From: Octopus sinensis
Taxonomy: Eukaryota
Length of the DNA: 64,000 bases
Direction of reading: 5' to 3'
Assembly (NCBI RefSeq): GCF_006345805.1
Contig: NC_042999.1
Span: forward strand, 101,184,001-101,248,000
The translations under genes were made by a program, and so were the position numbers. Below the pieces are notes generated by a model. That model ran no database searches, had not been told where the DNA came from, and saw only the letters and a program-made list of their open reading frames with translations. Positions within the stretch are counted from its first letter, which is position 1. Each line of letters begins with the position of its first letter. Of this stretch, positions 27,472 to 40,685 are shown in pieces.

Positions 27472-28850
27472 TAAGAGCTACTAATAGTTTCATACATGGA
27501 AACATGATAATTAAGTAGTACCTGAAGGATTGCTTCAAGATACAAGGCACATTATATAAATCTGCTAAGTTATCATGTTTCATGGCATAAAACAATCAAT
27601 AGTTCTTATTTAAATAATGTGTATATTAAATGATAATTATCTCTCCTACCTATAATATAACAATAAACTATATGAATACATATACTTACATACGTATATG
27701 CACTCACACTCATACGTATATATCATCAAAAATATATAAATATTAGCAAAAACTAAATCTGCTTCCATAAATAATGCTATATATAAGTTTTGAAAGAAGT
27801 AGACTGACGCGTTAGTAAGAATAAAGAATTACTGTACGCCTTAATCACAAGATTAATAATGAAGTTATAAAATAGGTAGACTATAAACTTGCCTCTTTGG
27901 GTAGGTAACCGTAGGAGGTTACACTTAAATCTTAACCACCCTAGATCTACTGATTATTTCAGGTGAGGTTCTGAACTACAACATTTAAATACATGTAATT
28001 TTTCCTTCTACCTGTTACATAAATATATCTACATCAGATGGTTACCATATATTCTAGTGTGTTTGTATTGCTGTAGTGCTGCAACTCTAGTTCTTACACT
28101 TAACATTAAAGTACAGATGTGTTGGTATATAGTGTTAAACTTAAGGTAATCTGTGTTTCCATACATATACTTCTGTAAAACCATATAGATATATTTCGTC
28201 ATGTGTATTCATTATGTCATGTTAATTTTCTATTTTGTTTCTTTTACTTTCATGTAACCTCACATAAGAATATTTATTCTTGTTAGAATATTTAGATATG
28301 TGTGTATATTAGTGTGTCAAAGAAATGAAGGTCAAACAAAAGAATTGATGTAGAAAGATGGATGAATGGATGCATGCATATATATTTGTTTATATATTTA
28401 TGCACATGTACAGATATGTGTGTGTGTGTATGTACATGTCTGTGTATATATGTGCATATGTGTGTGTGTATATATGTATGTCAGTGTATGGGTAACTGTT
28501 TGGTACATACATGGAAATGTATGTTTATCTGCATGCAAGTTGCATATGTACTTGTATGCATGCATACATGCTAAGCCTTAAGTGTACCAGATGATTGTAT
28601 GCATCTAAGTGAAGCTCATTCAATCTATGAGTGTCGGTGTTGCCATGTAAGTGTCTGCATATACTTATATATTATCTATGTCCATTTATTTATATATGGT
28701 CACGAGTGAATATGTGTCCTGCTACTTGTCAATGTGCATATAAATAAATTTAGGTGTAATAAGAACATATAACAAATATGTATTACATTAGCATATTTGC
28801 ATGTGTCTGTGTATACACACACACACACACACAAGCATACAGAATTTGTG

Positions 28851-28881
<31 letters not shown>

Positions 28882-29448
28882 TGTGCGTGTATGTATGTAT
28901 GTATGTATGCATGTATGTGTGTCTGTCTGTCTGTGTGTGTGTGTAAATGCTGATGTGAAAAGCGTGTAAATAATGTATCAATATGTATGGTGGTTATAAC
29001 AATTGGTATAGTATACATATAGTTTTAAGTGTATATGTGTAGGTGTTTATCTATTTATAGCTTTCGTCATTTGTATACATTTAAAAAGTTCTCTCTCTCA
29101 ATGCCAAATATCCACCATTCATCTATCGCTACTTTTGCTTAATTCAACTTCACTTTTATGAATTCTTTCACTTATTAGATAGCATTATTATTATAATGAT
29201 GAGTTTAATAATTATGAAAACATTTGACTATTACTTTTTCTAAACACTATGTCATTTCTTCTTCCACTCTCTCTTTCTTTATTTCTTCCTTCCTTTCTGT
29301 CTTTCCTTCCCCTTCTCCTCTATTCTATAAAGTTTTTATTCAGCTTTCATACAGATTTAGATTACTTGATTTGAAAAGATCAACTATAAGAATTGAAACA
29401 AAATTATACTATGCATCTGACGGGGTAGTAGTACTTTATATATACATA

Positions 29449-29656
29449 AGGAGGTGCTGAAAAGTTCCTAGCTTTGGATGAAAGAAAGGGGGATCAGTTA
29501 ATTATGATTTTAGTCAACATATTCTCATCTCAGATTCTCACAGTTATTGCAGTGGTCCTTCAGTTTTCCTATGCCCTATAAAAGAACTTGGAAGGTTGGG
29601 CCTCCAACCAGACCTTTCACAATATCCTTAAAGCCAGGAACTTTTTAGCACGCCAT
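29449..29656. mobile_element. mariner-type MITE with ~27-bp TIRs
   Basis: aggaggtgctgaaaagttcctagcttt versus aaagccaggaactttttagcacgcc. Confidence 0.7.
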
Positions 29657-30016
29657 CAGCCCTTCAGCAACCACTCATCCTGATAAACTCAGTGACTACT
29701 ACTAAATTCAGGCCAAAACAGACAGAGAGGATGTTCTTGAAGCTGAGAATTTGAACTTATGGAGATAATATTTACATATTCTCTGAGGAAAAACAACTAG
29801 ATGCCATAATGCAGGGAAATGGTTGCATAATCAAGTACCTGCATGCATGGAGAACTACATTGTATAGAAACAATTATAATGATTAAAAAATAAATGTCCA
29901 ACTGTACTACTTTTTGACTCCATTTTTTTCAGTTACACATAGGTGGTGCTATTAAGTTAGACATGGCCTGGGCATATACTGGCCAAAACCTATCAAAGTT
30001 TTATATATATATATAT

Positions 30017-31112
30017 AAGGAGAATTCACAAAAAAACAAAAGACAAAGACAGGTAGTGTAGACAATAAACAGATGTATTATTTTAACGCTTGGGATGTGA
30101 AAAAGTCTTTAATGTTTTGAGCTTATGTTCTTCCACAGAAAGGAACACAGAAAGAAACAAGGAGAGAAAATGTGTGATGGCTAGCGATCTATCATGGTAA
30201 ATGCCAGACAGAAGGGTTACACAGGAGAGCTAGGAAGAAGGGGAAATAACAAAGAAGTGGTGATCCCAAAATGAAGGTGTGCATGTGTGTGTATAAGAGA
30301 GTATGTATGTGCATGTAGAAGAGGGCTGGTGACCTTGACGTGTGCGTGTATGTATGTCTAGGTGAAGTTGTGGGGCTGGGAAGTGGTTAGTGCTAGTGTG
30401 TGCATGGTGGTGTGATGTGCTGTGTTGTATGGTATGGTGGTGTATGATGTAGCAGTGTGTGGTGTGGTGTAATGGTGTTGAGAGGTGAGAGTGAGGAAAG
30501 CAAGGGTGGGGTGTGGGTTAGGCTGGGGGTAGAGGTGGAGTATATGGGTAAGCAGAGGTGGGGTATGTGGGAGTGGATGTAAGGGATGGGGTGGGTGGGA
30601 AGGATAGGGAAGGTGGGGTTGAAATATGTAGGGATGGGGTGGGGTTACAAGGGAGGGGTGACGATGAAGGCAGGGAAGGAGAAGGTGGGTAGGAGTGAAG
30701 AGAAGACAAAGAAAGTAGGAGTGAAGAGAAATAGGAGTCAGAGCAAGAGAGGAGAGATGGATGGGATGAAGTAGGTGTGAGGGGGAGAGAGGTGAAGGGA
30801 AGAGGTTAGATGAAGAGGGGAGGAGAGTTGAGCCCATGTGGTGCAAAGGAGTGAAGAGAGAAGATTAATCCCTGTTCACGGTGCAAACGGGAGTCTGGAT
30901 AGCCACTGTGCAAAGACAATCTGAACACGGATAGGTGTTGCAAAGAGTGACCAGTAGAATGGAAACAGTGTGAGACAGGTGTGTCATTGCTGAGTCGGAT
31001 GTCTCAGAGGTGTTCCACGAACTGGTCAGCCAAGTGGTGTCCCGTTTGCCCGATGTACAGAGAAGGGCAGAGAGAGCAGGTGATACAGTAGATGACATTG
31101 GTAGAAGTGCAG
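30017..31112 (-). mobile_element. Penelope-like element 3' part (Neptune-type GIY-YIG plus low-complexity spacer and pLTR)
   Basis: 30825-31112 minus encodes CTSTNVIYCITCSLCPSLYIGQTGHHLADQFVEHL*DI..PVSHCFHSTGHS..RLHREQGLIFSLHSFAPHGLN. 30017-30200 is homologous to 33713-33900. Confidence 0.85.
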
Positions 31113-31389
31113 GTATATCTATATATATAAAACGAAGTAAATCTTGTGAAGACAAAACTTAATTAACAGAATAGAACACAGGATTCTACTACCATCAAGA
31201 ATGTAGCCATGCTCAATATAACAAAAAGAGAAAGTAGGGGCTTTATGTACCATTTAGAACAGTGAAAGTCTTTGTAACTCAAGAATAGTTTTCAGTAGTA
31301 GTGACCATGAAATAAATTCCTTCACGTGCTTGGAAGGCTCCCTAAAAATAGTTGATAATTTCTGTTACAAAAGTAATCTAATTAGCATT

Positions 31390-31760
31390 AGAGAGGTAGG
31401 TGTTTCACACAGTGGAAAAGTTCAAAGTGTTATTACCTCTGCTGGAACAAAGGGATTTTCTCTACAGATTATGTGATACTTCTATATAAAGTGCAATGTT
31501 GCATGGTAGCAAAACACAGGTACTGAATGCAGAGGATGAGCCAACAAAGGATGTGCAATGTTAGTGTGTATGAATAGTAAAGCACAAATGAACTGACAAA
31601 GAGACTGATTATAAGAGGAATCAGATGTAGCATCTAAGACAGAAATCTGTGCTGGTTCAGAGATCTGATGTGTATAGAGAATGACAGTTGAGCAAAGGGA
31701 TGCCAAACAATCCAAGTGAAAGAGGAAGAGTGGGGAAATTATGAGAAGTAAAGAAGTTGA
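31390..31760 (+). pseudogene. Old RTE RT C-terminal remnant
   Basis: LLPLLEQRDFL..SAMLHGSKT..GCAMLVCMN/WMCNVSV-like segments paralogous to 26881-27332. Confidence 0.55.
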
Positions 31761-32403
31761 TATTAATATCTTCATGAGGAAGATGAAGCAATACTATAAT
31801 ATATGGCAAAACACTATGCTAGGGAAGACATATCAAACCTATTTTCTAAGCAAGGAGGAAGAAGAGGAGGTATAAATATTTGGTAGATTTTGAACATGCT
31901 AATATGTCAAAATATTTAAATCTATTTCCTTCATAATTTAGGAAGCAATAAAATTTACTTCATCTTACCACAGATCTACTGCAAGTTTTCTATAGAAAAT
32001 TTCCCCTGTGACTAATGTTATAGAAGATTATAATATCCATATCCATTTATAGTACTGGTTTATTAATAAAAGACCATGCATTAAACACACACCATTAAGT
32101 ATTTTAGAATGGTGTCTAATCTGAATTGGAATATAACTGGTCCAAAGTAACACTGAAAATATTAGTTTGCTATCAGAGATAAATTAAAAAGTTTTACTTT
32201 GCTCAAGTCACTCATTAAAAAATCAGTGATAAATAGGAGGACAAGACTTTTCCATGAATATGTACACTCATACATGTGTGTGTGTGTGTGTGTGTGTATT
32301 ACATGCATATATAGAAATTTGTGTGTGTATACACACACACACATGTATATATATACACATGTGTATACGTATATATAGATATATGTATATATGAGTGTGT
32401 ATA

Positions 32404-32450
<47 letters not shown>

Positions 32451-32583
32451 TTATATATATATATATATATACGAGAAAGAAGCAACATATATATATACAT
32501 ATATGTACATATATGTCTATATATACACACAAACACACACACATATATATATATATAGATATATGTATATATGAGTGTGTATA

Positions 32584-32654
<71 letters not shown>

Positions 32655-32660
32655 CATATA

Positions 32661-33247
32661 TCATCATCATCATCATCATCATCATCGATTAACGTCCGTT
32701 TTCCATGCTCCCATGGGTTGGATGTTTGACTGCAGCCTGGGAAGCCAGGAGGCTGCACGAGACCCCAATCTGGTTTGGCAGTGTTTCTACAATTGGATGC
32801 CCTTCTTAACACCAACCACTCCAAGAGTGTAGTGGATGCTTTTTATGTGCCACCAGCACAGGGGCCGGAGGAGCTGGCATTGACCATGATTGGATGGTGC
32901 TTTTTACATGCTACTGGCACAGGGCTTACAACTACAATTCCATTTGATTTGATTTTTATATTGCTGATGGTGTTGATGTTGATGTACTTGACTCAATAGG
33001 TTTCCTCAAGCATGGCATATCACCCTATGATCCACGGTACTTTTCAATGGGTTTGTTATGTGACACTAGCGTAGGTTACAGCCTTGGACTCACTTTATTT
33101 ACCAGGTCTTCTGAGTCACAGCATACCTCCAGAAGTTTCTATCTTTTGTCATTACCTCTGTGAAACCCAACATTCAAAGGTCATGCTTCACCACTTCATC
33201 TCATGTTTTCCTGGGTTTCCCTCTACCCCAGATTCCTTCCACTGTTT
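32661..33247 (-). mobile_element. 5'-truncated RTE LINE
   Basis: The reverse complement gives GRGKPRKT*DEVVKHDL*MLGFTEVMTKD, then the UTR with gtggcac units and a (GAT)n tail. Confidence 0.8.
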
Positions 33248-33249
33248 GG

Positions 33250-33311
33250 GGGCATATAAACATATCTGTACACATATATATATAAACATATATGTACATA
33301 TATATATACAC

Positions 33312-33362
<51 letters not shown>

Positions 33363-33414
33363 TACATATACACACACACATATACATGCAAGTATATATA
33401 CGTATATGTTTGTG

Positions 33415-33446
<32 letters not shown>

Positions 33447-33611
33447 TATAGACACAAGTACATGTGTGTATGTCTGCATATTTATATGCATATATAGAAT
33501 TTTGTGTGTACACACAAACACACACACATATATATACATATATATGTATATGTATATATACATATGTCTATATATATGTACATATACAAGTATATAAGTA
33601 TGTATATATAC

Positions 33612-33668
<57 letters not shown>

Positions 33669-33712
33669 TATATGTGTGTGTGTGTACATATATATATATT
33701 ATATATACATAC
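33250..33712. repeat. Compound (TA)n/(CA)n microsatellite
   Basis: Seen directly. Similar large blocks lie at 12403-12597, 15990-16210, 28330-29000, 32270-32660, 33900-34130, 58146-58400 and 58960-59140. Confidence 0.95.
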
Positions 33713-33900
33713 ATCATGATAGATCGTTAGCTCCTAAACGCATTTTTTCTCTCCTTGTTTTTTCTGTGTATCTTTCTGTCGAAGAGCGTAGGCTCAAAAC
33801 GTAAAAGACTTTTTCTATTCCTGAGTGCTATACTAATACATTTGTTTGTTTGTACGCCACCTGCCTTCGTCTTTTGTTTATTTTCATAAACTTTCCCTTT
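33713..33900 (+). mobile_element. Solo Penelope-like pLTR fragment
   Basis: Homologous to the 3' end of the PLE at 30017-30200; embedded in TA microsatellites. Confidence 0.7.
33771..33808 (+). ncRNA. Degenerate minimal type I hammerhead-like motif
   Basis: TCTTT-CTGTCGA-A-GAGC gtag GCTC-(G>A)AAAC-GTA-AAAGA gives stem I TCTTT/AAAGA, stem II GAGC/GCTC, a palindromic ACGT stem III and a GUA site. The core deviates from CUGAnGA. Confidence 0.5.
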
Positions 33901-33973
33901 ATATATAAACATATATACAAATATACATATATATATTTGTATATACATACATATACACACACATATACATGTA

Positions 33974-34030
<57 letters not shown>

Positions 34031-35004
34031 GCACATACACATATATGCATACACACACACATTATATATATATAGACACATGTACATGCATTTACACACA
34101 CACACACAATTTTATATATGTGTGTAAGCCTGTGTGTTCTCATTATTTATAACAAATATTAAATTATTTCAATAATTGAATTAGTTTGAAACCCATAAAT
34201 ATATGCACCAAAAACCCAAATATTTATAAATCAATTTGTTAAATTTCATTTTGAAAATTAATGGCCCTTACTGTCATTAAAAGTTTTATTAAAATGTTGG
34301 AAACTAGCAAACAGTATTCAACAGAATTCCATTTAGAATATAATCCATTATAGATAACAGAAAATTTTCTTAAATGTAAAAAATAGAGAACATAAATATA
34401 TTTCATGAAATTTGAAATGTCAGATTTATATCTTACAACATTGACTTTGAAATAGAAAGTAGCTACAATAATTATATTTTACATTGGAATGTTTGTGAAG
34501 AAAAAGAACACAAATTAGTTGTCCCACTATACTTTATTGGAACCAATAAAAGACTTTTTCTAAGGGCTTAGTTAAATAGATTGGTGGGTTTAAATGGAAG
34601 AAAATACTTTGACTTATGAGTTGCTACAGTAGGACTTAGCTCATCAATGTAGTGAGTTGTCCTCAGATTGGAGACATAGTCAGAATACCTGCAAAAGAAT
34701 CAACTCCACAAAGGTACCTGGGCCTAAGGTAGTGATGCTAAACTGAGTGACAGATTAAATGTACCACCCAAGAACAAGTACAGTCTATCCAATGAGATTT
34801 TTGTGCTATTTTCATCAGCTCCTTTTCACCTGCTTCCCTTGGGTCATCCTGAGGATATAGTAGAATATGAATGACCAAGTTGCTATGCATAGGATTAAAT
34901 CCACAACCATATTGCTGTAAAGTGAACTTTTAGACCACATAACCATACATGTATGCAAAAAAACATCTTGGACCAATAAAATGTTCACAAGACTGAGAGA
35001 ACAG

Positions 35005-35150
35005 GTATGGCTGTGTAGTTAAAGAAGATCACTTCACAACTACATGGTTTCAAGTTCGGTCCTACGGGGTCACCTTGGGCAAGTGTCTTTTACTATATCC
35101 CTGGGTCAATCAAAGCCTTGTGAGTGGATTTGATAGATGAAAGCTGGTTG
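35005..35150 (+). mobile_element. SINE family A 5' fragment
   Basis: tggctgtgtagttaaag..catggtttcaagttcggtcc..caccttgggcaagtgtc..aaagccttgtgagtggattt. Confidence 0.65.
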
Positions 35151-38100
35151 TTTACATATCTGTATGTATATGTACACACACACACACACGTCTATATGTG
35201 TACATGTGCTTTTGTAAGCACAAGTGTATTTCCCTTGCATTCACTAGTTTGTAAGCAATGGCTTCCTAGCAGTGTTATTTGCTTTTAGTCAACCACAAAA
35301 TTGTTCTTTGGATTTCTTAACAGGTCTTGGCATGTTACATGATCTTTGTAAACAAAGTGTTTATTCATACAGCCTCATTTGTTTCCAGTTCCCAATATAA
35401 AGTATTCTCAGGCTGTGAGTTGTTTGAGAGACTGAGGGATTATTACCCTCTTTGGAAACAAGTGATGGTTCATGGCAGGAAGGGCATTTAACCATAGAAA
35501 ACTTTGCTCCAATGTATTCTCATTTGATCCATGCAAGAATGGAAAAGTATAAGCTAAAATGATAATAATGATGGAGAATGCAAAGCTCAAATAGTATAAA
35601 TGACATATATAAAAAATAAAACTGAAGTTATATCATCTTGGTTTTAATTAATTTCAGAATATTTATTTCACATATAATATCATCAACAAGATACTTTTGC
35701 TTATTATTGCTAATTTACATAACACAAAATCACAAGATGACATGCTAGTAAAAGTATAAAATTATGAATGGTATTGAACTGAAATTGATTGATATTTGGA
35801 GTGACTTATCAGAACCTTCAAAATAGATATCATAAATCAGATATTAAGCTACTACAATCAGTTAGGAATCAATTGTATTACCTTTCGTGAGATCACAAAA
35901 GAAGAGGAAATGTTTAATTCTTTTGATACGAACCTGCCAGAGACAGTCCCTAACTCTATGATACAAACACCTTGCTTTGAAGTGATCTAAATTAAAAAAA
36001 CTTCCACCAATAAGTTATTTTACTAAATCCTCCAATATTTTCAGAGTTAATTGAAACAAAGGCAGTAAAGGAGACTTGAAGTTTAGTTCATTTCCACTTG
36101 AAAAGGAATTTAAAAACAAATAATTACATGATGAATAGTCTCTATGTCTGAGATGAGTTGTTAATAAGGTTACACTTTTTCAACCTATTAACCACATCTT
36201 TAGCAATGAAAACATTATTAATATTTACAATGGTATAATTTGATCAGTTTGATCTCAAATTGCTCTCATGTGTCTTATTCATAGATGTGTACATAATAAT
36301 ATTCCATTAATCTAGTACTCAGTGATGTGACAGAGCTAACTGTCCACTACTTTCTTTTAGCTCTTCATAATTTTTTCCCTAAGCCTCATCAGTAGTTACC
36401 AGCATGATTCTATCACTGTGTGCAACTAAATTGAAAATAACAGTGGCCAACACCTAAGTATTTATATATTTCACATTCTTTAGTGAAAACATCTCCCAGT
36501 GTGATTGAACGAAGCCAATTTGGGAAAAGTCTGTGGGTTAAAGTAAGTAACAGTCCCATTGCATCACAAAATTGAAATAATACATTTGAAAAGCGGTGAA
36601 ACCTTTATATATAACTTAGGTTCTTACACAATTTATGAAATGGAATGATAAAAAGCTAATACAAATTATGGGTCATTCAATGACAAGCAACAATGTTGAT
36701 GTGTAGTGAATATTTAAAAAAAAAAAAACTTTAGAACTAGATGCAGTGCATAGCAATAAAAAAAAATGGTTTCAAGGTCAATAGTCATTGAAAATACCAA
36801 GCAATTATACAAAGATAAGAGGGTATCACAGAGATTTGTGTTTTTATAGTTGAGTAGCTGAGAAACTTTAAAATATAACATGACATTTGTAAACTTAATT
36901 TAACCAGTGAAAAGGTGGAAATTATTGAGGCTACTGAAAAATATAGTTTCATATTCCATAACCTGGTTAAAAAGCATAGTTTTTTTGTTTTTTTTTCTAC
37001 TTTTTAAAGTTCCAATAGACTGGAATGTTTGATAATCCAGAATGACCCATGTCCAAAGAGTAACACACTAGAGGAACTTGTTCCAAACTGGATTCAAACC
37101 ATGAAATTGTATTTATAAATTAAGGAGAAAAACACTTTTATTACCAAAAGAAAACACATCGTCAGTAATACATCAGTGGCCTACAGGTTGATACTTTGTG
37201 CATATCCCAGAATTAGATACTTGAAGAGTATTGGAAACTAAACCAATGGAACTAAAACACAGTATAAATATTAAAAAAAGTTTCATTTCAAAGGATAAGG
37301 CTACTAGTCCAAAAACATAAACAATCTTATAAATAATTAAATAATTACTTCAACATATTTAAGTCCTCTTCAGCAAAAAATACAGAAGTCAAAGAAAAGC
37401 AAAATGGATAAGCCATGATACCTACAACACATAAAAAAATGTGTTATACTTCTGAAAATAAACTACTTTAAATCACCTATGACTAGCTGTCAGAGATAGC
37501 TAAAGACATTAATCTGTTACTGTCAGGATACTATGAACAAACCCAACTCAATGATATGGATGAGGTTGACCACAATACTGTAAGCAAACTCTCAATATAT
37601 AAGACTGCACATCTGAAAATAGACATAGAATATTTACTAATGAAAATTAATCAATACTGCAATACTGGAATATATGGACAAATACATTTACACATTTCAG
37701 CAACAGGTTTAGGCATACGTATCTGCATGCACACAAGCACACACACACACATGCACACATGTGCACGCACACACACGCACACATTGAAACATATATATTT
37801 GTACACTTTTTAGTCTTCGCTAGTTACAGGCCTGTATGCTGAGATTGTACATGTGGTCATAAGATGTGTGTGTATGTATATATAAAGATGATTCGTCTGT
37901 ACATGCCTTTAACAGGGAAGTGACATCAAACAGTATCCTGATATGCCTACTACTACTACTACATCATGATAGTATCTGATGTCACTATTGTACAACAGTA
38001 TTCAGCTGCTATGCAGTTAAGTATTCTATTTTACCTTTGTGTGATTACAGGTTAAATGTGTGCAAAGATATTTGGATGAATCCCTATACCTAAGTATAAA

Positions 38101-38211
38101 TGGATTCAGATGTTCACAGCAATATTCACATATCATTACATCCTCCCTTAATCACACTATCACTTTTATACACATCTATATAGTCATATCCATGCTTTAG
38201 CTTCTATCTTT

Positions 38212-38449
38212 TACTTGTTCCAGTTATTAGACTGCGGCCATGCTGGGGCACTACTGTAAAGAATTTTTAGTTGAATGAACTGATCCCAGAACTTATGTTT
38301 TTTTTTTTATTTTTTAAGCCCGGTACTTATTCTATCAGTCTCTTTTGCCAAACTGCTAAGTTACAGGGAATTAAACACACCAACACCATTGTCAAGTGTA
38401 GGTGGGGGACAAACTGACACACAAACACAGAGGTGTACACACACGTGCG

Positions 38450-38470
<21 letters not shown>
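38212..38470 (-). mobile_element. SINE family A 3' half
   Basis: gactgcggccatgctggggcac..tacttattctatcagtctcttttgccaaactgctaagttac. Confidence 0.7.
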
Positions 38471-38487
<17 letters not shown>

Positions 38488-38514
38488 AGAGATAATGGTG
38501 TCATAAATATTCTT

Positions 38515-38923
38515 TTATTCATTTACTTGTTTCAGTCATTTGACTGCAACCATTCTGGAGCACCACCTTGAAGGGTTGTAGTTGAACAAATTAACCCCAG
38601 GACTTATTTTTAAGCCTAATAGTTATTCTATCGATCAATTTTGCCAAATTGTTAAGTTACAGGTAAGTAAACACACCAACACTGGTTGTCAAGTGATGGT
38701 GGGGGAACAAACACAGACACAAAAACACACACACAAATATATATACATATATGTACGACAGTCTTCTTTCAGTTTCCATCTACCAAATCCACTCACAAGG
38801 CTTTAGTTGGCCCAGGGCAATACTTGAAGACATTTGTCCAAGGTGCCCGCACAGTAGGACTGAACCCAGAACTATGTGGTTGGGAAGCAAGCTTTTTTAC
38901 CACACAGCCATGCCTGTGCCTAA

Positions 38924-38925
<2 letters not shown>
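38515..38925 (-). mobile_element. SINE family A, full length
   Basis: Complete head (gggttcagtcc, ggcatggctgtgtgg) and 3' half. Confidence 0.8.
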
Positions 38926-38964
<39 letters not shown>

Positions 38965-38967
<3 letters not shown>

Positions 38968-39546
38968 TCATCATCATCATTGTTTAACATCCGTTTTCCA
39001 TGCTAGCATGGGTTGGACAGTTTGACTGGAGACTAGCAAGCCAGAGGCTGCACCAGGCTCCAATCTGATCTGGCATGGTTTCTACAACTGGATGCCCTCC
39101 CTAATACCAACCACTCCAAGAGTGTAGAGGGTGCTTTTTACTTGCCACCAGCATGGGAGCCAGTCAGGCAGTACTGGCATCAACCATGTTCAGATGGTGT
39201 TTTCTATATGCCACCAGCACAGGAGCCAGTCAGTGGGAGACTGGTATTGACCACATTCAGATGATGTTTTTTACATACCACCAGCACAGAGAAGCCAGTC
39301 AGCAGCACTGGCATCAACCTATGCTTGAATGGTGCTTATTATGTGCCACCATCAGGCAGCACTGGCACTGGCCACCACTACAATTTCCAATTGATTTCAA
39401 TCTTGATTTGATTTTGATTTTTGATTTTACTTAACTCAATAGGTCTCCTCAAATGTAGAGTATTGTCCAATAATTCAAGGGTACTTTTTAAATGGGCTGG
39501 TTATGCAACACTGGTACAGGCTAATGGCTGTGATCTCACTTTATTA
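38965..39546 (-). mobile_element. RTE LINE 3' UTR
   Basis: (CAT)n, the catccgttttccatgctagcatgggttgg tail and ~5 gccaccagcac units. Confidence 0.8.
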
Positions 39547-39559
39547 TTATCATCAACTT

Positions 39560-40315
39560 CATACACTTAACATATATGCTCTGTGTATTTGCTGGTAGGT
39601 TATGATTTGGTGTGATGGAAATTACTCTCTCAAAGTCCTGGGTGCTAAAACACCTGAAAGTCATGGACAACCAAGACAACTCACCCCAGATCCCATTCAG
39701 GAATAATGGACATCAATGCTTATCAATATCACATACCTGAGGTGAATTTTACTATCAGTCTATGATTTAAAGTGTGAAAACTATGCACTTGTATGCCTGG
39801 ATAATACATATGTAAAAATAAATTCAGATATGAAACAGAAGTAGCATAAGTGTAATAAACATTATCAGCCACACATACTTAACATATATGTCCTGTGTAT
39901 TTGCTATTGGCTGTGAATTGGTGTGGTGGAGATTACTCTCTCAAAGTGCTAAGTAAAAAAACAGCAGCACTGATTCTGTTTCATATCTGATTTTATTCTT
40001 ACACATGCATTGTTCAGGTATACAAGTGCATAGTTTTCACACTATATGCATATAAGTTGTGGACTGGCAGTATGATTCACCTCCAATTCGGTTCGGGTAC
40101 ATGGTGTTGATAAACCACAAAAATGGCAAAACATCAAGGTTCATCTCTCCTGAATGGGATCTGGAGAGAGTTGCCTCACCTGTCCATGACTTTCAGGTGT
40201 TTTAACACCTGGCACTTTGAGAGAGTGATCTCCGGCATCCCAAATCACAGCCTACTGACAAATACACAGAGCATATATATGTTGAGTATGTGTGGTTGAT
40301 AATGTTTATTACACT
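39560..40315. repeat. Tandem plus inverted array of an unclassified ~340-bp unit
   Basis: 39560-39840 (+), 39849-39950 (+, 5' part only) and 39974-40315 (-) share acatatatgctctgtgtatttg, ctctctcaaagt, cacctgaaagtcatggaca and gtgtgaaaactatgcacttgtat. Confidence 0.8.
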
Positions 40316-40350
40316 AGTGAATCTTTTATTTCATATTTGTATGATAACTA

Positions 40351-40640
40351 TTATTCAGTAGTCTTATTTTCATCATGTGCTTCCACCATACTTCTGAGTG
40401 CAACTCTGTGTGGCAGTGGTTTGGTTTGGTTTAATGTTGTTATTTTCACTGTATTGAAAATGTTTTATGTAGGATGTGTATAGTACTTAGTGGTGCTATT
40501 TTTTGTATGCTACATAAATATATTCAGAAGTCCTGGTGTTTTGGTTACGTATTTGTCTGTATGTTTTTTGATCATATCTAATGCACATATAATTATAGGG
40601 AATGTTTTGTTTTTATGTTCCACATTCAGGTTATCTCCAT
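40351..40640 (-). mobile_element. R4/Dong-like 3' fragment, older copy
   Basis: Colinear with 41561-41852 and has the same 5' end (ATGGAG). Confidence 0.7.
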
Positions 40641-40685
40641 CTCCAGATCTTTTCACCACCAACACCACCACCACCATCATCATTT

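Noticed and set aside
39790-39840. Hammerhead remnant in the 340-bp unit (CCTGAACA..TATGAAAC)
   Set aside because: The core is mismatched in both copies and there is no convincing stem I or III.
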